Shown in pieces: positions 29,969-37,474 of a stretch of DNA of 64,000 nt. Each line of letters opens with the position of its first letter. Within the stretch, counting starts at the first letter, position 1. Under the pieces are notes generated by a model. It ran no database searches and was not told where the DNA came from. It saw nothing but the letters and a program-made list of their open reading frames with translations. Origin of the DNA: Clostridia bacterium (lineage in GTDB: Bacteria > Bacillota > Clostridia > Monoglobales > Monoglobaceae); the NCBI GenBank assembly GCA_045591035.1, contig JAZNSG010000027.1, positions 20,871-84,870 of the forward strand, written 5' to 3'. The translations under genes and the position numbers were made by a program.

Positions 29969-29997
29969 ATCATAATTTTGCGTTATGATTTTGTCAA
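29969..29997 (-). promoter_or_regulatory. putative promoter of the AAC(3)-like gene (TTGACA-17-TATGAT)
   Basis: The minus-strand -35 TTGACA lies inside the 27-nt repeat R1. The -10 TATGAT sits about 55 nt upstream of the ATG. Confidence 0.4.
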
Positions 29998-30010
29998 GTT
30001 AGGGACAAAA
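29984..30010. repeat. repeat R1 copy 1 (tatgattttgtcaagttagggacaaaa)
   Basis: 27/27 identical to 37171-37197. Contains the hairpin TTTTGTC-N8-GACAAAA. Confidence 0.9.
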
Positions 30011-30017
30011 TATAATA

Positions 30018-30167
30018 TTACTTCTTTTGCTCATTAAAGCAAATGATAAATGCTCCCATAACAGAAATAGAAGCAACAACACCAACTTCTTCCGCCCCTG
30101 TAAACACACTCATTGTCAACAATCCAACAACCAACGTGATAAAGGCTGCTAAAATTCCTTTACCCAT
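30018..30167 (-). CDS. small hydrophobic protein (49 aa), unannotated in ORF track
   Basis: Own translation: MGKGILAAFITLVVGLLTMSVFTGAEEVGVVASISVMGAFIICFNEQKK. AAGGAG lies 9 nt upstream of the ATG. Two predicted TM segments. Confidence 0.4.
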   Translation of the reverse strand: MGKGILAAFITLVVGLLTMSVFTGAEEVGVVASISVMGAFIICFNEQKK

Positions 30168-30196
30168 ATAAGTTCACTCCTTTTCACAAATTTTCT

Positions 30197-30329
30197 AAAG
30201 GCTTCTCCTTGAGGAGAGGCTCCGCCGCAGGCGGTGGTGAGGTGTAGATTGCGAAAGCAATCGTTATTCATTTCCACCTCATCCGAGTTGCTTCGCAACC
30301 CACCTTCCCCTCAAGGGGAAGGCTTTTTT
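30197..30329. mobile_element. ORF-less hairpin-rich element with 18-bp imperfect terminal inverted repeats (MITE-like; related to DUF559 cassette ends)
   Basis: Left end AAAGGCTTCTCCTTGAGG versus the reverse complement of the right end AAAGCCTTCCCCTTGAGG (16/18). Five internal stem-loops. The right end, CCTTCCCC-TCAA-GGGGAAGG plus a T-run, looks like a terminator. Confidence 0.5.
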
Positions 30330-30375
30330 GTCCCTTGTATATCAAACTTTATAAAGACTGTATAATCTAGATGCC
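30324..30375. repeat. repeat R2 copy 1 (52 nt)
   Basis: ttttttgtcccttgtatatcaaactttataaagactgtataatctagatgcc; 48/52 identical to 38750-38801. Confidence 0.85.
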
Positions 30376-30413
30376 AAGATTATTTGGCAATGGTTCATAT
30401 CAAGTTAAGTACA

Positions 30414-30833
30414 TCAACAACCAAATAACATAGGAATTTCAATGCACTTTCCATCAGAAAGCATACCTTTAATCATCTTTTCAATTTTTCTTCCTTTATC
30501 AGGTTTTTTAACTGTACCTAAAATAAGTTTTACCGTTCTGTCACTATATCTCATCCGCATTTCCCATCGCGAACCATCACACACCATAACAGTATAATCT
30601 TTCTCCCACTCATTATTCAAATCCATCATGCTTATAAAATCAAAAAAATCATTAACACTGTCGCTGCAAACAAAACATTCTTTCTTACTGAGTAATTCAC
30701 CTAAACCATTAAATTTTTCTAATTTAATCAATTTCTTACGTAAATATACTGTTATTCTTTCGTGCACTTTATCCAACGAACTACAAAGTCCACAATTGTG
30801 CCAATCAATAGAAAAAGATGTTATTTGTTTCAT
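30414..30833 (-). CDS. hypothetical protein (139 aa), no family recognised
   Basis: ORF track 30414..30848. ATG 30833 is preceded by AAAGGA plus 7 nt. Visibly AT-rich. Confidence 0.5.
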   Translation of the reverse strand: MKQITSFSIDWHNCGLCSSLDKVHERITVYLRKKLIKLEKFNGLGELLSKKECFVCSDSVNDFFDFISMMDLNNEWEKDYTVMVCDGSRWEMRMRYSDRTVKLILGTVKKPDKGRKIEKMIKGMLSDGKCIEIPMLFGC

Positions 30834-30852
30834 TATTTTTCCTTTCAAATTC

Positions 30853-30900
30853 TCCCTTGCCTAAAGGGGGATGTCAGTGTAGCAGGCTGGGGGATTTTTC
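30853..30900. repeat. remnant resembling the 3' tail of the DUF559 cassette
   Basis: cccttgcctaaagggggatgtcagtgtagcaggctgggggattt aligns with 38828-38875 (cccttgcctaaagggggctgtcagcgcagctgactgggggattc). Confidence 0.6.
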
Positions 30901-30970
30901 TCCTAACTTTTGTACATCCTTTATACCATATATAAGCAAAAAAGTCAAATTTCTTAATTGCTATAAACAG

Positions 30971-31000
30971 CAAAAAACGGCAGGACATCCTGCCGTTTTC
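30971..31000 (-). terminator. rho-independent terminator of the uxaB-like/iol operon
   Basis: ACGGCAGG-ACAT-CCTGCCGT flanked by A-run and T-run, directly after the stop at 31019. Confidence 0.7.
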
Positions 31001-31018
31001 TCTTTTACAAGCAATATT

Positions 31019-32521
31019 TTAAATGTATGCTTTGATCACTGATTTTATTCCATTCGCCTCAATTTTCGCAAGTAGCTGTTTACAAGTCTCTACAAAGGTA
31101 GGCACTGTCCTCAAATCAACACCCCACCAATCCTTGCGGGCGCAAACTGCTTCTGCCAATTCAGCTAAGGAATCCTCTTTATGCTCATAATAAAATTCCA
31201 AAATTGTTCTGTCGTCACGGATAACATAAACTTCGCCGTCTCGATAATTGACAAGCCCCTCCGCTGTCAACTCCATCCCATGATAAAACACAAGATAGGC
31301 ACAAAATCCTAACATCAACCCTTCCGGCACGACACCGAAACGTTCTTGATAATCAAGAACAGAAGGAAGAACTCTTGCTCTCCATTTAGCTGTTGTGTTC
31401 AGAGAAATCGCCAAAAGCTGATGATCGATAAACGGATTGGTCAACCGTTCAAAAATGACTCTTGCATATTCTTTTAGGTCTGCCTCTGTAAAGGGAAATT
31501 TCTCAGAATAAGGCAAGGTCGGAATAATTTCTTCATAAGCTACCTTTTGAGCAAAATCCATCATTGTGCTATCTTCCAAGGCGAAACGTGCAATATCGTA
31601 TCCTGCCAGGTATTCTGCCAAAGAGATTGTGGATTGAACACCATTTAAGATTCTGACTTTTTCCTGTTTAAAGGGACGGCAATCAGGACAAACAATAACA
31701 GGAAGCCCTGCTTTCTTAAAGGGAAGCTCCTCTTCCAGCCATTCCGGACCTTCAATGTACCAAACTGCAAACACTTCCCCCGTATCCAGATTTGCGTCTG
31801 TATAGCCATTTTCTTTGTTAAGCGTTTCAACCTCGGCAAATGGATACCCTGTAACAATCCTGTCTACCATGGTTGAGCAAAACAAATTCTTTTCGTTAAC
31901 CCACAGCTTAAATTCCGCAGGCAACTCCCACTGATCAATGTAGCAATTCACACAGCGTTTTAGTTCATCACCATTATGGTCAATCAACTCACAAGACAGA
32001 AACACAACACCCGGAGCCTCACTCTTCCCTAACGCCTGATAACGTTCATAGAGAACTTGTGTCACCTTGCCCGGAAAGCTTTCAGCTGGCTTATCAGAAA
32101 ACAAACACGAATCATCGTAGACAATACCTGCCTCTGTTGTATTGCTGACAACAAACCGAATTCCCGGGTCTTTGGCATATTCCACCAGTTCGTCATATTC
32201 CTCGTAGGGATTTATAACTCGTTTAATACTGCTGACAATTCTTTTTTCCACCACTTCCTGCCCGTTTTGCAGGCCACGAAGATATACGGTATATAAACCG
32301 TCCTGATCGTTGATTTCCTTTTTACGACCAGTGGCAATAGGCTGAACAACCGCAATTTTCCCGTTAAATCCGGATCTTTCGTTAGCAATATCAAAAAAAT
32401 AGTCTACAAACGCACGCAAAAAATTGCCCTCACCAAACTGCAGCACTTTGACAGGTGCATCTTCTTGCAGAAATCCTTGATATCCTTTTTCTTTTAAAAG
32501 TTCATATGATAATTTTTCCAT
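31019..32521 (-). CDS. tagaturonate reductase / altronate oxidoreductase-like (mannitol dehydrogenase family)
   Basis: 500 aa; VKVLQFGEGNFLRAFVDYF is the UxaB-type N-terminal signature as I remember it. Confidence 0.75.
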   Translation of the reverse strand: MEKLSYELLKEKGYQGFLQEDAPVKVLQFGEGNFLRAFVDYFFDIANERSGFNGKIAVVQPIATGRKKEINDQDGLYTVYLRGLQNGQEVVEKRIVSSIKRVINPYEEYDELVEYAKDPGIRFVVSNTTEAGIVYDDSCLFSDKPAESFPGKVTQVLYERYQALGKSEAPGVVFLSCELIDHNGDELKRCVNCYIDQWELPAEFKLWVNEKNLFCSTMVDRIVTGYPFAEVETLNKENGYTDANLDTGEVFAVWYIEGPEWLEEELPFKKAGLPVIVCPDCRPFKQEKVRILNGVQSTISLAEYLAGYDIARFALEDSTMMDFAQKVAYEEIIPTLPYSEKFPFTEADLKEYARVIFERLTNPFIDHQLLAISLNTTAKWRARVLPSVLDYQERFGVVPEGLMLGFCAYLVFYHGMELTAEGLVNYRDGEVYVIRDDRTILEFYYEHKEDSLAELAEAVCARKDWWGVDLRTVPTFVETCKQLLAKIEANGIKSVIKAYI

Positions 32522-32546
32522 ATCAAAAGCCTTCTTTCCTTTCGCA

Positions 32547-33365
32547 TTAAGACTTTGTCAGTATCATTTTTTCTTTTGCTTTTTCACAAACTGCCTGCAT
32601 CGAAGCAGGGAAAAACTTTAATCTGTCAAAGTCTTTCGGCATTTCATTAATCGTTTTACGCAAGGTATTCCCAAAAACCATACGTAAGGATGTACCAAAA
32701 TTAATTTTATTAGCACCAACACGGCTCATTTTCGTTACATCCTCGTCTTTCGCACCGGATGAACCATGAATTACCAGCGGAACCGAAACTTTTTCCTTGA
32801 TTTGCTTCAGTAAATCAAAATCAATATTTGCCTCCTGCGTTCTCATGCGGTGAACAGTTCCAATTGCAACCGCCAAGGCATCCACGCCTGTTTCTCCGGC
32901 AAACTTCACCGCCTGCTCCGGATCTGTATATTCTGCTTTAGCTTGAATTTCCCCTCCAAAGTAAGCAACCGAGCCGATTTCCGCTTCCACAGAAACACCT
33001 GCCGCATGCGCCATTTCCACCACTTTTCGTGTGTTTAATGTGTTTTCTTCAATCGAAAGTTGAGAGCCATCATACATAACGGATGTATAACCTGCATTAA
33101 TGGCTCTTTCGATATCATCAAACGAGCGACTGTGGTCCAAATGAACGCAAACCGGAACAGCGGATTTTTCTGCCATAGACACTAACATGTTTCCAATAAT
33201 TTCGATGGGGATAAAGTCAACAGCATCTTTATTAGTCATCAAAATCACAGGTTGCTTCAGTTCTTCCGCTCCTCGAACCACCGAAATTGCATCTTCATAT
33301 CCATACACATTAAATGCCGCAACCGTTCTTTGTTCTTTTAATATTTCCTGCAAAGTTACTAGCAT
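32547..33365 (-). CDS. iolJ: class II ketose-bisphosphate aldolase family (IolJ / tagatose-bisphosphate aldolase-like)
   Basis: About 272 aa; VHLDHS, IGTVHR and HGSSG motifs. Start moved to ATG 33365, preceded by GAGAGGGGA. Confidence 0.65.
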   Translation of the reverse strand: MLVTLQEILKEQRTVAAFNVYGYEDAISVVRGAEELKQPVILMTNKDAVDFIPIEIIGNMLVSMAEKSAVPVCVHLDHSRSFDDIERAINAGYTSVMYDGSQLSIEENTLNTRKVVEMAHAAGVSVEAEIGSVAYFGGEIQAKAEYTDPEQAVKFAGETGVDALAVAIGTVHRMRTQEANIDFDLLKQIKEKVSVPLVIHGSSGAKDEDVTKMSRVGANKINFGTSLRMVFGNTLRKTINEMPKDFDRLKFFPASMQAVCEKAKEKMILTKS

Positions 33366-33378
33366 AAAATCCCCTCTC

Positions 33379-34392
33379 TTACAGTTCGAAAATAACCTGC
33401 TCACCTGCTGCATGTCGTTTCTCAATAAAATTCAAAAGCTCCGTTTCATCAGCAAGTGCCGCTGAACAGTTTTCTGCAGCAACCGCAATGGATGCACTGG
33501 CCGTTCCTCGCTCGGCACATTCCGGAATGGATTTCCCCTTTAACAGAGCCGAAACAAACGCACTGGAATAGGCATCGCCGCCGCCCGTTGCTTTCAAAAG
33601 ATTTACTTTAAAGGGCAGGACTTTATAGGATGTGCCGTCTGCACAGAAAACATAGGACCCTTCTCCGCCGTGTTTAATAATCAACACTTTTGCACCTTGG
33701 CTAAACCATCTCTCAGCCGTTTCCAAGTCTGTGCTTTTGTCTGCAACAATCGCGTCTGTTAAATCAAATTCTTCTCTTGATCCCATAATCAAATCTGCTT
33801 CACGTGCCGCCATTGTGTAATAGACTGAAATTTCATCCTTGTTTTTCCAAACTTGCGGTCTGTAATCAATATCAAAAATAATTTTTGTGTTATTTTTCTT
33901 TGCCAGCAAAATAGTTTTCAAAGCCGCCTCACGAGAGGGAGACGCAGAAAGTGCTGTGCCTGAAACAATGATACACTTAGCCGATGCAATATAGTCTTCA
34001 TCCACGTCCGTCGTTGAAAGTTGTAAATCTGCCACATTTTCATCACGGTACATCATCAAATTTGTCTTGCCGTCAGGTAGAATTTCAGTAAAAGCAAGAC
34101 CCAGCATAACACCCTTTTGACTACGGGTAACTCTTGATGTATCAATACCGTATTCATTTAAAAAATGCAATACATAATCGCCTAAACTATCATCAGAAAC
34201 ACAACTAATAAATCCAACCTTGCAACCCATTTTCGCAAGACCAACACCTGTGTTTGCTGCAGAACCGCCCACGATTTTAGTGAACTCTGTCCCTTCAATA
34301 AAAGACTTGCTAAAATCAATTGGGTTAATATCAAGAGCAATTCTGCCGACCATAACCACATCTAAAGGTCTTTTGTAATCAAAAGCAATCAT
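33379..34392 (-). CDS. iolC: PfkB-family sugar kinase, 5-dehydro-2-deoxygluconokinase-like
   Basis: 337 aa; VMVGRIALDINP N-terminus and the GGGDAYSSAF anion-hole motif. Confidence 0.65.
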   Translation of the reverse strand: MIAFDYKRPLDVVMVGRIALDINPIDFSKSFIEGTEFTKIVGGSAANTGVGLAKMGCKVGFISCVSDDSLGDYVLHFLNEYGIDTSRVTRSQKGVMLGLAFTEILPDGKTNLMMYRDENVADLQLSTTDVDEDYIASAKCIIVSGTALSASPSREAALKTILLAKKNNTKIIFDIDYRPQVWKNKDEISVYYTMAAREADLIMGSREEFDLTDAIVADKSTDLETAERWFSQGAKVLIIKHGGEGSYVFCADGTSYKVLPFKVNLLKATGGGDAYSSAFVSALLKGKSIPECAERGTASASIAVAAENCSAALADETELLNFIEKRHAAGEQVIFEL

Positions 34393-34428
34393 AATTAATC
34401 TCCAATCTAAAAGATTTTTCTTTCTCTA

Positions 34429-35940
34429 TCAGTCTCTCTCAACGGTACCTTCCCAAGTATCCATATCCTTATTCTTGGAAGCCTCATCATACCAATGCTT
34501 GGTTACGGTTTTAGCTCTTGTGTAAAAACGAATTCCGTCTTCACCTAACACATGCAAGTCACCAAAGAAGGAATTCTTGTTGCCGGAGAATGGATAGTAA
34601 GCAGAAGGAACAGGAATACCAACATTAATACCAACCATTCCGCCGTCTGTCAGCATTTCAAATTTACGTGCATAGTAGCCGCTCTGGGTAAAAATAACCG
34701 AACCATTTGCGAAGGGGTTCGCATTCATAATGGCGATACCCTCGTCGAAATCCTTAATGCGTTTGATCACAGTAACAGGACCAAAAACTTCTCTGTCACC
34801 AATAGTCATACCACATTTTACTTTATCCAAAATAGTAGGACCAACAAAGAAACCATTTTCATACCCGGGGACCTTCACATTGCGACCATCTAACACAACC
34901 TCCGCACCTTCATCAATACCCTTTTGAATCCAGTCACAAACAAACTGTTTATGTTCTGCGGAAACAACAGGACCTAACTTTGTTTCAGGATCATAAGCAC
35001 ATCCCACTTTCAAAGCCTGTGCTTTTTCTTTCAGCATCGCTACAAACTTATCAGCAATGCTTTCCTGCACAGCAATAACAGGCAAAGCCATGCAGCGCAT
35101 ACCTGCACAGCCGTAGGTGGAGTTAATAATAGCATTGGTTGTGCTTTCCAAGTTACAATCTTCCAGAACAAGCGCATGGTTTTTTGCCTCGCAAAGCGCC
35201 TGCACGCGTTTGCCGTTCGCTGCCGCTGTGGAATAAATATGTTTGCCGATTTCCGTAGAACCAACAAAAGTAATTGCTTTTACTCGTTCGTCCGTTAACA
35301 GAATTTCTGCTTCCTTGCGGCTGCAAGTTACCAAGTTAACGACACCCTTGGGGAAGCCGCCTTCTTCATAGAACAGTTCCATAATTCGCATAGCGGTCAA
35401 AGGTGTATTTGATGCCGCTTTTAGTACAACAGTATTACCCGTTACAATCGCAAGAGGCACCATCCAACCCCAAGGAATCATCGCAGGGAAATTAAAGGGG
35501 ACAATTCCAGCCACAACACCTAAGGGCATTCTGTATGTAGTTGTATCAAAATCCGTAGTTACCTGCAAAGCACCTTTTCCCTGGATGGTCATTGGTGCAG
35601 CACAAGCCAATTCTGTGGGTTCAATTGCCTTTAACACATCACCTTTGGCTTCCACCAAATTTTTTCCTAACTCCTTAGCGCAAAGTTCCGCCAATTCATC
35701 TAAATGATCAACCAAAATATTACGCCATTTGAACATCATTTGTGTTCTTTTGCTGATGGATGTACGAGACCACTCGGGGAATGCTGCATGAGCTGCCGCA
35801 ACAGCTTCCTCTACTTCCTCTGCAGTACAGCAAGGAACTTCCGCTATTACTTCACCCGTACTGGAATCTGTTACGGGCATCCATTTATTTGTTTTAGAAT
35901 CTTTCCATTCTCCATTGACACAATATTGCTTTCTAATCAT
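34429..35940 (-). CDS. iolA: CoA-acylating methylmalonate/malonate-semialdehyde dehydrogenase
   Basis: About 503 aa ALDH-family protein (VNGEWKDSKT...; catalytic region CAGMRCMALP). Start moved to ATG 35940 after AGGAGGAAAAA. Confidence 0.8.
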   Translation of the reverse strand: MIRKQYCVNGEWKDSKTNKWMPVTDSSTGEVIAEVPCCTAEEVEEAVAAAHAAFPEWSRTSISKRTQMMFKWRNILVDHLDELAELCAKELGKNLVEAKGDVLKAIEPTELACAAPMTIQGKGALQVTTDFDTTTYRMPLGVVAGIVPFNFPAMIPWGWMVPLAIVTGNTVVLKAASNTPLTAMRIMELFYEEGGFPKGVVNLVTCSRKEAEILLTDERVKAITFVGSTEIGKHIYSTAAANGKRVQALCEAKNHALVLEDCNLESTTNAIINSTYGCAGMRCMALPVIAVQESIADKFVAMLKEKAQALKVGCAYDPETKLGPVVSAEHKQFVCDWIQKGIDEGAEVVLDGRNVKVPGYENGFFVGPTILDKVKCGMTIGDREVFGPVTVIKRIKDFDEGIAIMNANPFANGSVIFTQSGYYARKFEMLTDGGMVGINVGIPVPSAYYPFSGNKNSFFGDLHVLGEDGIRFYTRAKTVTKHWYDEASKNKDMDTWEGTVERD

Positions 35941-36065
35941 TGTTTTTCCTCCTATATAAAACTTATATTTTGTTATACTTATTATATCACCGCAATTTTC
36001 GATTGTCAATATTTTATTTTGTTTATCAAAATTAAATTTTATAATATAAAATTCTCTTTCTCTGC

Positions 36066-36094
36066 TTGACTCTTTTTGCCAAAAGTGATACAAT
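36066..36094 (+). promoter_or_regulatory. putative promoter of the IclR gene (TTGACT-17-TACAAT, TG-extended)
   Basis: TTGACT 36066-36071, 17-nt spacer ending in TGA, TACAAT 36089-36094. Confidence 0.45.
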
Positions 36095-36140
36095 GAATGC
36101 AAACTATGACTAATTTAAACAATAGGAGTTGAAACGCCCT

Positions 36141-36926
36141 ATGGAAAACCCCAACAAAGAACGTCAGGTCAGTTTGTCTTCCGATAAACTCCTTGCCATT
36201 TTAGAATGCATCGCCGAAAATGGTGCCCCTATGCGTCTACAGGACATTGCCGAGCAAAGTTCCATCACGCAATCCTCTGTTTTGCGCTACCTGCGGACTT
36301 TGCAAAATGCAGGCTATGTATATCAGGATGAGTATACCCTGCGTTATGCACTCACTTGGAAGCTTTGTTCTCTAACAGAAAATCTTGATTCCTATTTAGG
36401 CTTACGAAACATTGCCTCTCCTTTCGTGAACCAATTGGCAAATTCTTTCAAAATGGGCGTTTGTCTTGTTGTAGGCAAGAAAAACCAGTCCCTTTACTTA
36501 GATTGCATTGACCACCCTCAGGCTCAATACACACCCCTCCAATATATCGGAAAACATGCCCCTTTGCATGCTACAGCCTCCGGTAAACTCCTGTTGTCCA
36601 CATTCACGCCGCAACAACTGGATGGGTATATAAAAGAAACCGGATTAAAACAATATACCGATAAAACAATTATACAAAAAAAGGACTTGTCAAAAGAATT
36701 AGAAAACGTTGTTCTACAAGGCTATGCAATTGACGATGAAGAATGTGAACCTGGTCTCAAGTGTGTTTCATATCCCATATACTCATATACAGGGAAAATC
36801 TGTGCCGCCATCAGTATTTTCGGTAACGTGCACGAAATGCTGGATGAAAGTTTTATGAATCAATTACATTCTGCATTAAAGGAAACATCCAATTGTATTT
36901 CATTACGTCTCGGGTATAGCAAATAA
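36141..36926 (+). CDS. IclR-family transcriptional regulator
   Basis: About 261 aa; N-terminal wHTH (LLAILECIAENGAPMRLQDIAEQSSITQSSVLRYLRTL) plus an IclR effector domain. Divergent from iolA. Confidence 0.85.
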   Translation: MENPNKERQVSLSSDKLLAILECIAENGAPMRLQDIAEQSSITQSSVLRYLRTLQNAGYVYQDEYTLRYALTWKLCSLTENLDSYLGLRNIASPFVNQLANSFKMGVCLVVGKKNQSLYLDCIDHPQAQYTPLQYIGKHAPLHATASGKLLLSTFTPQQLDGYIKETGLKQYTDKTIIQKKDLSKELENVVLQGYAIDDEECEPGLKCVSYPIYSYTGKICAAISIFGNVHEMLDESFMNQLHSALKETSNCISLRLGYSK

Positions 36927-36987
36927 AATATAAAAAACGGTAAGCATCAGTGAACAGAACCGTTAAAAACGGACAATAGTCAAAAAA

Positions 36988-37024
36988 GACCTCTTGTTGT
37001 AGAATAAAATACAACAGGAGGTCT
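36988..37024 (+). terminator. probable terminator of the IclR gene
   Basis: GACCTCTTGTTGTA-N8-TACAACAGGAGGTC (14-bp stem, one G-U pair) followed by a weak T-tract. Confidence 0.5.
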
Positions 37025-37170
37025 TAAATTATTCCCGGAAAATATGAAAAAATACAAGAGTTAATCCCCGTAATTAATTAATAAAATATTATCATATTCT
37101 TTACGTTCTTGTGCTATAAACTTATTTATTACACTACCTCTTATTTTACAATTCTCGACAGTCTTTATAA

Positions 37171-37197
37171 TATGATTTTGTCAAGTTAGGGACAAAA
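37171..37197. repeat. repeat R1 copy 2
   Basis: Identical 27-mer to 29984-30010. Preceded by acagtctttataa, which is the reverse complement of the R2 core ttataaagactgt. Confidence 0.9.
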
Positions 37198-37208
37198 AAA
37201 TTTATTTT

Positions 37209-37427
37209 TTATACAGCAACTTGTCTTGCTTCAATATACAAGTCTATATCGTTAATAATATAGTTTTCTCCGGTGGTATGCAATGCACCATAACATTCCA
37301 TTATATATTTACAGACATTATATTTTTGAAACAACTGCATAACTTCTTTCCCTTTTAGATTTTTCGCTGACCTATATATCTCAATGCAATAGATTAAAAA
37401 TCTTCCTTCTTGCTCATACAGAAACAC
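37209..37427 (-). CDS. DUF3791-like small protein (72 aa)
   Basis: FLIYCIEIYRSAKNLKGKEVMQLFQKYNVCKYIMECYGALHTTGENYIINDIDLYI resembles DUF3791 as I remember it. No DUF3990 partner is present. Confidence 0.55.
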   Translation of the reverse strand: MFLYEQEGRFLIYCIEIYRSAKNLKGKEVMQLFQKYNVCKYIMECYGALHTTGENYIINDIDLYIEARQVAV

Positions 37428-37474
37428 CTCTGTTATTCATCATCTTTTGATATATTTTCAATCAGATCACTTAA

